DNA of 64,000 nt from Lama glama (taxonomy: Eukaryota). Shown here in pieces: positions 1 to 12,914 of this stretch. Below the pieces are notes generated by a model. The model was not told the DNA's origin. It did not search any database and was given only the letters and a program-made list of their open reading frames with translations. Where the stretch lies: NCBI GenBank assembly GCA_028534125.1, contig CM052818.1, forward strand, positions 2,792,001 to 2,856,000, written 5' to 3'. Made by a program: the position numbers and the translations under genes. The stretch's first letter is position 1, and the number at the start of each line of letters is the position of its first letter.

Positions 1-1808
1 TTCATTTTTCGAATGAGAAAAACATAATTGGGTAACCCTACATAGACCTGCAGTTTATGACTTTAAAAAACCCAATCCATTCTTTTGGCTTATTCTTTCC
101 CTTTGTTGTAAACATAACAGTCAATAGTGCTATTGATATAATTAGAGAATTAATATCTTCTTTTAAGCTTTCTGTGTCCTTGCTAAGCACAAATCGCATT
201 GCAAACGTCCACAGGCAAATGTCCAAAGGTTGTGTGCGTTACAGAATTTATAGTCTTTTTGGCTTCCTCATACCACTTTTGACAATGGCTATTTGCATTT
301 AAAACGTTTAAAAATACTTGTGTCTGATGATTAGAATATCATGAGGTTCTTTACAAAGACATTGTGTCTTGTGTGTCCTTGTGAAAAGCAGGGATTCGTT
401 CATTTCTCATGACATCACTGCGTCTTCTGTAACCTATGAAATACATTGAGAAAATGACTTTCAATCTCCAAGATCTGTTCCTTTCCTAAGCTTCCTGTGT
501 GTTGATCAATTTTAAGAGTATTGTGCTCTGTGTTGGTTACATCATCACTTACAAAGTGTGATGAGAAGTGGCTGGGATTCAGGGAAAAATAAAAACAACC
601 TACGTGTTCAAGTAGATGAAAGCGGTTCAGGTGAAGGAAGTCCGAAGGCTGTTGAGTTGTTTGGATTGTAAAAAAAGCAGGTTAAGCCACTACTTTGCTA
701 TGGTATTTATTTTAAAGAAAATCTTTAGTAAACCTGTTCATAAAATAATGACATCTTTTGTAATGTGAATAATTAGTTTTATGAGTTTCTTTTAAGGATA
801 GGAAAGGAAGACACAGATGCGTTACCTGACAATTTCTATTACACGTTTTTCTAAAGAATTAATATGCCAAGGCAAACATTACCCCAAACATAGCACTGCA
901 TTCCTTTCTCTAGTTCAAGTCAAGGACATATCCTAGGAAGTAAGATTCTTAGATATAAATGAAGTCAGAAAATCTCAAAAGGAGCCCTAACCAGTTGCAA
1001 GGGCTTGCCTGTCTATGTTTCTGAGTAACATGCGCCAGGTGTCACAAACATGAAACGTGGCCCCTGGAATTCCAGCCCGTCAAGGCGGAAGGGCCATAGA
1101 GATCTTCCAGTCTGCTCCCCGAGTTACAGGGTCAGACAGAAGGAGATGAGAGCAGACAAGACACTGACTCAAGGCGAGGCCGTAATTACTGCAAGTCTGG
1201 GTTCCTGACAATCTGCTCTTTGGGGCATTTTTTCATAAATGTCAACTTCAGCCTTTTTTAATATCAGCGTTTCCAGGAGGCTATTTGCTTTTAAGGAAAA
1301 GAGGAAGAATACAAGTTCCTTACAAGAATCTGAAATATGATAGAGGAGATGGGTGGGGCTGAGGCAGGCTCCGTAGATGGCCAGGCCTCCATCTTGATCC
1401 TTAATTCTCAGCCCTGGATACAGGGGGGAAATTGCAAAAATTAAACTTTGCCACAATGTCACAAAGTATATTAGCTTCCTAGGGCTGCCTGAATAAAGTA
1501 CTACAAACTGGATGGTTTAAAATAACAGAATTTACTCTTCCACAGTTCTGGAGGGTAGATGTCTGAAATGATGTCCACAGGGTCATGCTCCCTCTGAAGG
1601 CTCAAAGGGAAAAATCCTTCTGGTGGTGGCTGGCAATTCTTCGTGTTCGTTGGCTTGAAGCTGCCGCACTCCCATCCCGCCTCCATCATCACACAGCCTT
1701 CTCCTCTGTCTGTTTGTCCTCTGAGCCTCTGTAGGTCCAAATCTCCTTTTCCTTATAACAACCTCATCACTGGGTTTAGGGCCCATCCTAAACCACTATG
1801 GCTTTATC

Positions 1809-1883
1809 TTTTTTTTTTTTTTAGCTGAAATATAGTCGATTCACAATGTTGTGTTAATTTCTGGTATACAGCATAGTGATTCG

Positions 1884-1920
<37 letters not shown>

Positions 1921-2246
1921 CTTTTCATATTCTTTTTTCATTATACGCCATTACAAGGTATTGAATATGGTTCCCTGTGCTAAACAGTAGGACTTTATTG
2001 TTTATCTGTTTTATATGTAGTAGTTAGTATCTACAAATCCTGAACTCTCAATTCATCCCTCCCTCCTTACCCTCTTTCTCCCCCAGTAACCATACTTTTA
2101 TTTTCTGTCTGTAAATCTGTTTCTGTTTTGTAAATAAGTTCATTTGTGTCTTTTTTTTTTAGATTCCACATATAAGTGATATCATATGATATTTGTCTTT
2201 CTCTTTCTGACTTCCTTCCCTTAGTATGATCATCTCTAGATCCATC
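1809..2246 (-). mobile_element. 5'-truncated L1 3' end with an internal (AC)16
   Basis: Poly-T, then the L1 3' UTR and the antisense end of ORF2; same family as 10177 and 13131. Confidence 0.85.
1887..1918. repeat. (AC)16 microsatellite
   Basis: Read directly. Confidence 0.95.
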
Positions 2247-2689
2247 AGGACCCTATTTCTAAATAAGGTCACAGTTACAGGGTCCAGCTGGCCATGAATT
2301 CTGGGGAGACATTATTCAACCCAGCATGCAAAGTTACAATGATTTTATGTTAACTTTTGCTAAGAATTTACTTGTATGCCCTAGAAATGCGTGTTGTTTC
2401 CTTAGTCCAGGAGGGAAGGAGGGGGAGAGAGAGAGAAAGAGAGAACACTGCTTTCCAGAGTGTATCTGGTGGAGCACTATTCTGAAGGCATGTGACATGA
2501 AATAAATGTTTCCATGGTCAAGAGAATTTGGAGGACTTTGCACCCTACCCTCCTCTCAAAGCATCTTCAGGCATGTAGGATATAAAAGGTTGGGAAAAGT
2601 CCTGTAACAAGGACCTGGGTTTCCCCTACAAATTCCAAAGTTTATTGGCCAGGGAACTCTTTTGTCTTTTGTCTTAATGCACCATATTG

Positions 2690-3205
2690 ATTCAGGATTG
2701 CCTCCATCTTCATCAAACAGAAACTCAACCACAGCAGTGTAGTCCAATAGGGGTTTACTCCCCTCACCTAGACAGTTCAGAGTTCAGCAGCCCAGGGTTG
2801 GCTCAGCGGCTCCCGGTGGCGTCAGCAGGCCAGCCTCCTTCTGTCCCTCTGCTCTGCCATGCTTCGCAGGTGGTGGTCTTCCTCTTGAAAGTCTACAAAC
2901 CAGCAACTCCATTTCCAATCTCCCAACTACCTTCTAGACAGAGAGGAGGAGGAGGAGATGCTGAGGGAGAAGGAATAGTGTTTCTTTCGGGAAATTACAC
3001 TTGCCCAGAAATTCCCAGCAGATTTCTGCTTACACATTATTGACTAGGACTATCAAGTGATTGCTTCTAGCATCAGGGAAGGCTGACAAACGCAGGTTTT
3101 TTGGGGAGAGGGAGGGACACGTGGTACCTTGGACAAAACTGAGGTTCTTTTAGGAAGGAAGAAGGGGTGAACATTGCATGGGCAGCTGGCAGTGACTGCC
3201 ACACA
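2690..3205. mobile_element. old MaLR LTR (MLT1J/K-like)
   Basis: Recalled motifs cccagggttggctcagcggctc, cccagcagatttctgcttacacattattg, ending ggcagtgactgccaca. Confidence 0.55.
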
Positions 3206-4625
3206 CACTATTTCCTATGGCATTAGTGGCTAGTTGATCACCCTCGTTAAAGATTTGTCCCCAGTGTCCTTCACAAGAGAGCACTTCCTATAGAATTCCA
3301 GGGTTTTGGCATCAGCCTCCAAGTTTCATCCTGCCAAACCTTTTCACTTAGTACAACTCAAGCAGTTTGAGTGCCCGTCCTTGTGTGGCTCCACGCTATA
3401 GTAAGTGTCTTTTCAATTATTTAATGGCTTGTTGTGTATTTGCAATCCTAAACTAATGTAATTTCCTTCAGTGTGCTCTAATGGATTTTGGAACGTCCCT
3501 CTCTACAACCCCAAATCCCTTAAATATATAGCTGCCGTTTAAAGTCATACACTCGGAATGCACTGGTCGGAAAGCGTCGCTGGTTCTTCTGGCCAACATT
3601 TAAAGCGGTGAAAAGACAGAAGCTTCCACCTTCTCAGAGACAGTGGATGCTGCCTTGTGGCTCAGGAAACCTCGTCAGTGGCAGGGGTCTTCAATGATCC
3701 CTGCTGAGGTCACAAATTCTAGTCACCAGGGGAGCCACAGCGCATGCCTTCATCCCCAGGTAGAACCTGTAATGAGGAGCCTCCTGTAGGGGAGCGGCTC
3801 CTTTACTGTGCGTGGTTGGAGAGAGCACACAGACGGGGGTGGGGTGGGGGTAGGGGGAGGGAGGCGAGTCACTACAGCAGAACCTAGCTTAGCCTGACGA
3901 ATACAACAAACAATAATGTCAAAGATAAAGCTACAGAGACAAACAACAGATTCCAAAAGAGGTTTCCTTTTGATCTCTTCTTGAATTTGTGACATTTCTA
4001 AACTTACCTCTGCAGTAGGGTGAAGGGGAGGAAAGGACCCACATGATAAGGCAATCAGGTCATCAAACCTGAGACCAGGAATGAATTTCCTTCACAAGTG
4101 ACAGCCCCGTTGCCTGGGGGGGAACAGTCATAGAGATATGCCATTTTCCATTTTCTGCCATGAACACAAGCTCTTTCCTTCATTCTGTTTAGAGGTAACC
4201 AGTCTGGGATGTCAAAACACCTGTTTTTCCGATCAGCAAAAAACATGTCATGATTTTTTTAAAGCTCATTAAAATTTTATGCCATTATGAATTTCTAAGA
4301 AAGCAGAGGTCACACTGGCCTCATATCCCGTGTGATATGAAGGCAGAGGCTGAAAGGAGCCTGTGCCCTTGTGCCATTTTGGTAGCTGACCCCCTGTACA
4401 AAAAAAAATTGAATTTCAAACTATAATCCCCTTGAGTGCAAAGGAAACAATTTGTTGCTGATTAATGTCTCAGAAAGGTCAGTCTCAAATTGTAAGTGGT
4501 TCCAAGCCATGGACCCATAAAGAGGTACTGTCCCTGGAACATAAAACGTGTGTAGAAGGTATAAAGAAAAGAGTAATGTAGCAGAAGGCAGAATGGGGTT
4601 CTCTTGCCTGAGTGACTGTGCTGTG

Positions 4626-4770
4626 TGGCATGATGGGAGAGCACATGGCATGATGGGGAGCACATGGCATGATGGGGGAGCACATGGTATGATGGGAGAA
4701 CATGCAGCATGATGGGAGAGCACATGGCATGATGGGAGAACACATGGCATGATGGGAGAGCACATGCCAT
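4626..4770. repeat. minisatellite, ~7.3 copies of a 20-bp unit (tggcatgatgggagagcaca)
   Basis: Read directly; it explains the repetitive minus-strand ORFs at 4421-4834. Confidence 0.95.
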
Positions 4771-5209
4771 AGAGCTCTGGATCGGAATCTCCAGGCTTGG
4801 CCTCCTTGTTTGAATCTACTGCTGAAGTCTTCATTCCTGGTGTGCAGGGACCATTTGCTAAATCTTTGTTGCCTCCTATCCCTTAGCCTACTGCCTCAAT
4901 CAGTCTTCAAAAACTATGAGATGAGTCAAGTCATCAGAAAAGCACTGATGCCCAAGTAATTCATCCAAAAAACATTTGTCTTATTAAAAACATTTGGCTC
5001 AGATGCTAATCTGGCAGCCCCAGGCTGTGCTTAATGGGGGAAGCCCAGCCAGGGGGCAGTTGCTGTCTTGCAGGTGAGTGTGGATGAGACCTGGAACTCT
5101 GGGATTGCGGGGAAATTGCAGGGCTACACAGAACTACCAGACAAAGACTTGACCTCAGGTATTTTGACTCCCAGGCCACTGATTTCCCATTCCCACCCCA
5201 ATCTGGGAG

Positions 5210-5410
5210 GTGGCAGAGTCAAAGTGCCTGAATTACAATCCTGATTGTCCCCACTTACTAGCTGTGTAAACTTGGACACATCTCTTCACTTCTCTTGCTC
5301 AATTTCCTCATCCTGGTGGCACCCACTTCCTTTAGGTTATTGTGAGGATTAAAGGAATGATTGCATGGGGTTAGTGCCGGGCCTCATGAATTGTCCCGTA
5401 AATGTTAGCA
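5210..5410 (+). mobile_element. MIR SINE
   Basis: Core ccacttactagctgtgtaaacttgg...tttcctcatc...ggttattgtgaggattaaa. Confidence 0.7.
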
Positions 5411-6447
5411 GCTGTCAGCTCCATCACTCCTAATGCTTTTCATATCTGCGTCATCTTTAAGGCTCTAAAATGAGAAGGAAGCTGAGCAGTATGCTAGGTA
5501 CTGAAATTGAAGAGAATGATCGGAGAGACTTACCCTGATAAATAATTCCACTCCCCAGTGGTGATACTGGAAGAGCTGGAGGAGAGGCCTGTTCATTCTG
5601 CTCGAGAGATCAGAGAAAACTTCAGAAGGGGTTGACATTTGATCTGGGTCTCACAATGTAAGTTGAATACTCCTGCTTGATTTGATTCCTTTGTAGAGGA
5701 ATCTTTTTAAGTACAAAAGCTATTTTTGATTTATTGGGTGCTATTTTGTGAGTGACAGTCATGGTTGCAGGCTCCCCAGCTCATCATTATTTGAGTTCTG
5801 TCAAGGGGATATTTATTATTTACAGCTTTCCCCCACCATTTGCAAAACTTGAAGGTTTTAAAAGTAGATTGGTTTCACGGTGAATCTAGGCTAAAATTGT
5901 CCTTGTTTGGGCCATTGTCTACATGGAGAGAGATTTGTGTAATATACCCGGTAATCTGTCTCTCTAACGATCAGCCACAGGGCTTGACTCATTTGATCTA
6001 CTCTCTGCAGGGTCTTTCGTTGTCCTTGGATACCCACCTGACATATGTCCTTGAGTGTATGCAACTGATTAATCATAAAAATGATGACATTCTTTGGAGT
6101 AATTGGACGTCAGCGAAAAGCATCTGTTGTCTTTCTCAAGAGGGCGGGGCAGGTGATCTCCGAGTCAGCACAGACAGCTGCTCTCCCCGGGCGGGTGTGT
6201 TTGGAGGCAGGAGTCTGGCTGTGGATGGGGACCTGGTCTCCAGCACATGGCATCTCCCTGCTTTGTGCTGGGATGTTAGAAACCCCGTACTAACCTCAGA
6301 GATGGGGCCTGTGCCTCTGGAGGAGACCAGCCCCCTTACGTCTAAGTATAATTTCCATACTCCCAAGGGCTCCTCCCACAGCGGCAATCTGCTCTGTTTC
6401 TGGTCTGTGCTTTGTGGCACTGTCTGGAAAAAGGCTGTGGGAATACT

Positions 6448-6486
6448 AAACAAAACAAAACAAAACAAAACAAAACAAAACAAAAC
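6448..6486. repeat. (AAAAC)~8 microsatellite
   Basis: Read directly. Confidence 0.9.
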
Positions 6487-6639
6487 CTATAGCAAGGGTG
6501 GGGTAGGGGCATTTTATGGTTCACCCTGAAATCTTAGGTTCAGTTCCATTCAGATCCAAAGCTTGAAAGAAGAGAACCAGAGAGCACATCCAGGTCACCA
6601 CCACATCCTGTTTGATTTTTTTCATCTCCTAAATAATCC

Positions 6640-7115
6640 CCAAAGCACTTACTTTTCTCTATTTACCCCATGCTCTGAGTCCAAACACCATCATCCCCAT
6701 CACCCCCATCGGGACATTGGCAGCAGCTTCTAACTGGTATCCCCTCTTGTGCCCCCACTTGTGCACCACCCCCTGCTCTGTATTTCACACTACAGCCAAA
6801 ATGAGCTTTCAATATGCAAATTGGACCTTGCTATCCTCCTGTTAAAAACCTATTAGTGCTTTCTGTTATTCTTAGAAAAAAGGCAAAACTCCTCTCTGCT
6901 CTCATCTCATAACACTTGCTCCCTTGCCCACCCAGCTTCAGCCACATTGGAATTCTTTCTACTCCTTACACTCACCAAGAGCATTCCAGCCTCAGGGCCT
7001 TTGCACGAGCTGTTCACACTGCCTGAACTGTTCTTTCACAGGGTCTTCCTTGGCTGGTTCCTTCTTGTCATTTATAACTCAACCTAAGTTTCACCTCTTC
7101 AGAGGGCATTCTCTC
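6640..7115 (+). mobile_element. L2 LINE 3' fragment
   Basis: Typical L2 motifs: cagcagcttctaactggtatccc, cctcagggcctttgcacgagctgttc, cacctcttcagagg. Confidence 0.7.
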
Positions 7116-7179
7116 TCTCAATATATTTGTACATTTACATACATAATGTACATACATATATTTACATCTACACACACAT

Positions 7180-7600
7180 AATTTTTTAAAACAAACTGAG
7201 ATTTGCCAAAGTGCAAACATAATGCTTTCCATCTACCCCTAAATACTTCAGTGTGTTTCCTAAAAACAAAGACATTCTCTTACATAACCACATACAATGA
7301 TCAAAACCAGAAAATTAACACTGGTACAATCCTATTATCAAATCTACAAGCTGTATTAACTTTTTGCCAATTGTTCCACTAATGTTCTCTAGAGCAAAAG
7401 AAAACAATTTTGGGGAGTCTGGTGTTCCATCCAGAATCGCGCCTCTTTGGGATCCTTCCACCTGGAATAGTTCCTCAGTCTTCCTTTATCTTTTAGAACC
7501 TTGACATTTTTTAAGGATCCAGGCCAGTTCTTTTGCTGCATGTTCTTCAGTTTGGATCTGCCAGATGTGTTCTCGTGATTCAGATTGTGCATTCTTGGCG
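7180..7600 (-). mobile_element. old L1M 3'-end fragment
   Basis: acccctaaatacttcagtgtgtttcctaaaaacaaagacattctcttacataaccaca resembles the L1MC/ME 3' UTR. Confidence 0.6.
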
Positions 7601-8539
7601 AGACTAGCAGTGAGCTGGTGCTGTGTCCTCCGGGCATCGTCTCAGGTGGAGCACACTGACTTGACTCTGTTCTGCTGGTGTCTGCCAGCCTCCCCTACTG
7701 TAACGTTACTATTCGTCTCTCCTGCACAGCTGCTGTCACAGGTGCAGGTCTGATTGTTTCTGCGGATACTGGTCAGTGCCTGCTCCCTGTGCCAACCTCC
7801 AGCTTCCACACTTGCTGGGATGATGCCTGGCTTTGCTCACCTTCCTACCTCTTACACAGCACGTGCTGAATGCTTATTTCCTGCACTGAATCACGCAACA
7901 TCTAACAATAGTGTTCATCCCTTTTCTGCAAGTGTGTTCAATTTGGATGGAGCTGATTGAATGAGCAACTCGGCCAATTTAAATCTTCAGTGTTTGGTAG
8001 AAGAGTCTTGTCAGTGTGATTTTAATCCTATGAAATGTTCAACAGCGCTATTAAATTATTCCTTACATCTGTCAGAAACTTGCTCAGTTTTAAAAAGTCA
8101 AATGCATTTTGTTAGGAATGTGAAGTCCAAATGCTTTCATTTTCAATGCTGACTGATTTGTAAGCATGTAATATTGTGACCCCCAAATTGCCAAATTAAG
8201 CTCATTTGATTTATTAAAAATACTAACAAGCTATGCAAGCTAGAGGAGTCTTGTTATGTTTCAGAGGAATCTAGCTTAGTTTCTTATCAGAAAAATAAAC
8301 TCAGAATAATTCCTTGCTTGATTTGAAATATTTAAACCAGCACTTTGCCTTGAAACAGCCAATAAACTCTGATATGAAAAAGTAATCTTCTGGGATTGAC
8401 TCTCCAAGGTGTTATGACTAATTCTGAGAAGGGAGTATTTAAAGACAATGTCTTAATTTTCTTGGCAAATTAAAACCTTGATTTGAAAAGCATTATCACT
8501 TTCCTAATCACTTCTGTTTGTCTTTGCTGTGCACAGACC

Positions 8540-8628
8540 TTTTTTTTTTTAATGGAGGTACTGGGAATTGAACCCAGGAACTCGTGCATACTAAGCACGT
8601 GCTCTACCACTGAGATATACCCTCCCCC
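8540..8628 (-). mobile_element. tRNA-derived SINE (camelid Vic-1-like)
   Basis: Reverse complement gggggagggtatatctcagtggtagagcacgtgcttag...tcctgggttcaattcccagtacctcca plus poly-A, with Pol III A/B-box-like motifs. Confidence 0.85.
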
Positions 8629-10176
8629 TAGAGATGACTTTATATAAGCTACAGCCACAGCTTCCAGGAAGCCTTACTTCTGGGTTTTTAAAACTAGGTT
8701 AAAAAAAATAAACGACAAATCTTTCCAAATTTTACAAACTTCTTTGTGATTTTACACACTTATCCAGAAGAAGAAACACTTTCTTCTCTTCTTGTATCAA
8801 TGTTAAGTTTTGAAGCAGGCATCCTTTCTTATAAATTACCCTGGTGATTGTAATGTACAAAGCAGCAGCATAAAGAGAACCACGAGGTGCCAATGAAACT
8901 GAACATTTTCGTAGAGCAGAAGGGCCTTATGCTCACATGTATCTCACCGTAATGCAACCCCCAGAGAAGCAGAGTAAAAATACAACCAGATTATACTTTG
9001 CACATATCCTTCTATGAGTCGTACATGCAATATACACACTATACAGCTGCACATCCACATTACTAGGTAGGGTGATGCATACAACACCACGCTCTATTTT
9101 TTACGGCCATTGAGATATTCAGTGATAATTCTGACCGAAACCAACTTCAGCCTGACTGATGGACTTGGAACCGAACTCATCATAAGGTGTGACTTTGACC
9201 GATTAGCTAATTCCTTAAATACACAGCTCTGGGTTCTCAGGTGAACTGTGCTATCTGATAGCAGTATTAATATTTTTGTAGCAGGCTTTTCATTTAACAC
9301 ATGTATAACAGGATCCATAGCACAAGATCTAATGAGCTTTTCCCAGAGAGCATGCATTTTTCCTTCATGGGCAATGTTAAACGTGCATTGTCAAATTTAG
9401 ATATTATATAACTTTAAAAAAATAACATTGAGATATTTGTTTTATACTGATTGTAGCTAAGAACGCCATTTTTAGGCTCACCAGGTACATGTTCAATGGC
9501 AGGGAACCTAGAGCTAGTTTTGCCAGATTTCTCTACACAAAGCATGTCAAGGACCTGAGTGGATTTTGTTGCCCGAAAAGGTGAGCCCCAAAGACATAAT
9601 AGCTACTGTATTTCTTGTCTTTGACTTTTTGTGGACTTCCTCATATTTCACTCACTGTTGTTCTGTTAGGCATGAAGAGTCGAAGCCTCAGTAGATACTA
9701 GCTGAGTCTGACTTGATGTTTCACCTTGAATTTGATCACTTTGGTCATAAACATCCCATTTTCTTTTAAAATCCCCTCTCTTCAGCCAGCAGTCCATTGA
9801 TCTTTTTAAGGGTAATTATTTCACCTCATCTAAAAGACAAATATATATAAATATTAAAAGTTAGAGAAGAACACCCCAAACTTAAGTTTGCCCTGTCAAG
9901 AGCTGGCTCCAAGCAGGTGTAACCGCGCGGCTCACAGTATTTCATTCAGCCCAGTGCACGTATCCGCCGGTGATGTACTGGATGGTACATTTGCATGTGA
10001 GCACACATGAATGGGGCTTTACTTTCCAGAAAATTACCATCTCAGAAACAGAATTTTCCTATCCAAGGACATGTTTTAGGCAGTTCTCAAATCTGCAGAT
10101 GGAAAAGAAGAATTAGCACAAGGTGCTGGTAGTCTCAGACGTATTTAAATTAGATATATTAAAATGCAGGGCTTAT

Positions 10177-10616
10177 AAAAAGGAATGAAATGATGCCATT
10201 GGCAGCAACAGGGATGGACCTAGAGATGATCATACTAAGTGAAGTAAGTCAGACAGAGAAAGACAAATGTCATATGATAGTACTTCTATGTGGAATCTAA
10301 AAAAATTACACAAATGAACTTATTTACAAAGTGGAAACAGACTCACAGACATAGAAAACAAACTTACTGTTACCAAAGGGGAAAAGGGGGAGGGATAAAT
10401 TAAAAATCTGGAATTAGCAGATACAAACTACTATATATAAAATAGATAAACAAGGTCCTGCTGTATAGCACAGGGAACTATATTCAATATCTTATGATAA
10501 TATAAGGAAAAAGAATATGAAAAAGAATATATATATATGTATAACTGAATCAGTATGTTGTACACTGGAAACTAACATAACATTGTAAATCAACTTCAAT
10601 AAAGTAAATAAATTTT
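10177..10616 (+). mobile_element. 5'-truncated L1 (ORF2 C-terminus + 3' UTR) with a 16-bp target-site duplication (TSD)
   Basis: Encodes NEMMPLAATGMDLEMIILSEVSQTEKDK (L1 ORF2 end). TSD aaaatgcagggcttat (10161-10176) / aaaatccatggcttat (10617-10632). Confidence 0.9.
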
Positions 10617-11074
10617 AAAATCCATGGCTTATTATAGTTTTTTAAATAGTTAGAAAGGGTGGAATCAAATGCTTGTAGAGCGCCTAATGCATTTCTTTAG
10701 AACCTTCAGGGTTCTCAGAACACAGTTAGAAAACTTCTAATCCAGACCAACATCCTCATTTTACTGCTGACTAGAGAGATGTCAGAATTGATGAACTGAT
10801 TTGCCTGCAAGTCCACCGCTGGCTGGGTGGGGTGTGTGGTGGAGGAGCTGAGATTATGATCCTGGCCAGCTGACTTTAGGGTGATTAGGACTGGGTCTGA
10901 AGTGAGACAGGAAGAGGGAGAGAGAAAGAAGAGATGGAAAAGAAGAGAGAGGGAGGGGAAAGGAGAGGAGTGGAAGGAGAGACAGACAAGACAGATAGAA
11001 CCAGTGAACATCAAAGGAGGGCAATAAATAGTGATGGCCCAGCTAGAGCTGCAAGTGATGGTTACTAGTTAGAT

Positions 11075-11295
11075 TTTTAAAAATAGCTTTAATTTTTTAA
11101 AGAGCAATTTTAGGTTCACAGCGAAATTGAGCAGAAGTTACAGTGGTTTCTCATTTTCTCCTTGCCCCCATGCATAGCCTCCCCCATTATCAATATGCCC
11201 AGTCAGCATGGTACATTTGTTACAATCGATGAACCCACACTGACACATCATTATCTCCCGAAGCCCAGGGTTTACATCAGAGCTCAGTCTTAATA
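11075..11295 (-). mobile_element. L1MC/MD-like 3'-end fragment
   Basis: agagcaattttaggttcacagcgaaattgagcagaag...ggtacatttgttacaatcgatgaacccacactgacacatcattat. Confidence 0.7.
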
Positions 11296-11989
11296 GTTAG
11301 ATTTTAAATGAGAGCTGTTCAAGTTGGAGGAGGGGCTTCACCTGGCCCTGGAAAGAGAGGTGGGGTCTAGATTGTTACCACCTGTAAAGTTTTGGCACCT
11401 ACCTCTTGTACTACAACTTTGGGGCAAGTTGTTCCCCTGGTGGACCATGGCTCCCTCCCACCTCTCCAATAACTAATAGCACTTTACAAGCCAGTCCCAG
11501 CGTGAGCTGGCCAGCCTGGTCCAAGGCAGTGTGAGGCACCAGGAACCAGTCAGGAAAAGGGATCTGTTCTGTCCCTCCCCAACAACTGCAAAGCCAGGAC
11601 TGGATTGTTTTCCATGTGGAGAATCATGCTCCTTGTAGGCTCGTTACGCACAGGGCTTGTTGAAAACACGACTCTGCCTAGAAGCTGCCAGATTAAATAT
11701 TAACATCTAATGCAAATAGGCAGCCATTTTCCAAAATGAGGCCATTGCTGAGTATCATCACATATTCCCCCCTTCCCCCTATTACAGCCCCACCCCTCGC
11801 AGTTGGCTGGGCTGGCTTTGCTTGCAGGTGGCCTCCGCCTGCCCTCTTTTTCTTGCTTCCTACAGCCCTGGTAGATTTTCATTTTCTGTATCTATACTGA
11901 TACATTCCCAGTCCCAATGTTACATATTTGCTATTTCTCTTCCTTATTGAGTTGCTAAGAATGTGCCTATTTATTTATAACTAGCTCTT

Positions 11990-12249
11990 TTTTTTAAAAT
12001 TGAAATATAGTCAGTTACAATGTGTCAATTTCTGGCGTGCAACATAATGTTCCAGTCATGCCTGTATATACATATATTCATATTCTTTTTCTTTAAAGGT
12101 TATTACAAGATATTGAATATCGTTCCCTGTGCTATACAAAAGAAATTTGGTTTTTTATCTATTTTTATATATGGTGGCTAACATTTGCAAATCCTAGACT
12201 CTCAAATTTATCCCTTCCCACATCCTTTCTCCTGGTAACCATAAGATTG
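11990..12249 (-). mobile_element. short L1 3' end with a degenerate 14-bp TSD
   Basis: Poly-T plus L1 3' UTR; flanks tataactagctctt (11976-11989) / tataaccagcgctt (12250-12263). Confidence 0.8.
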
Positions 12250-12914
12250 TATAACCAGCGCTTGGATTAATTAATCAATTTTGTTTCCTTAATTTTTCTT
12301 CTTTAATTCCTTTCCTCTTTCTTAGGTTTTTTTCTGTTTTTCTGCCTTTTAAAGTTGAATACTTAGATATTTTATCTTCATTCTTTCTAACAGAAGCATT
12401 AAGGCTATAAGTTTATTTACAAAAGCAGCTCTGGCTATAGCCCCTAATTGTCAATATAAGTGTGTCCTCTGTCATTTTCTAAATAATACACGATTGCAAG
12501 TTAGATTTCCTCTCTGAACAAACATGATTTTGGGGAGAGTTTTAAGATTTCTAGGTGGCAGTTTTTTGTTGTTAAAATTTATTACCTAGTTTTAATGCTT
12601 CATGATCAGAGAATATGTCTTTCTCAAATTTTAAGGTTCATTGGCAGTTCCTTTGTATCCAAATTTGTGATAAATTTTTAGCGATGTCCTAGTAATATAT
12701 GATGCAAGTATTTCTAACACCTCCAGGCTGTTTCTCATGTGCAATTTATCTTTTCTTTCGCTATGTGATCAGAATGGCTCAAGCACCTACTCTACAAACT
12801 GTGGGAAGGCCCGTACCTTTCACAGATTCCCTAAGACTTCTTGGTCCATTTCTTACTCCATATTTATTGATGCTTCTGACCCTGCTCTTACTCAGCTCTT
12901 ATTCGTGACAGGCC

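Larger units (their letters stand above)
1466..2330. mobile_element. MaLR solo LTR (MLT1B/C-like), split by an L1 3' fragment at 1809-2246
   Basis: tattagcttcctagggctgcc...actacaaactggatggtttaaaa...ttagggcccatcctaa, resuming as gaccctatttctaaataaggtcaca...attcaaccca. Confidence 0.7.

Noticed and set aside
4421..4834. Cys/His-rich repetitive ORFs, or a CRISPR-like array
   Set aside because: Translation of a head-to-tail 20-bp minisatellite; there are no unique spacers and the context is eukaryotic.
5840..6529. 229-aa + strand ORF
   Set aside because: TTG start, no recognisable domain, and it runs through an (AAAAC)n microsatellite; a chance intronic ORF.
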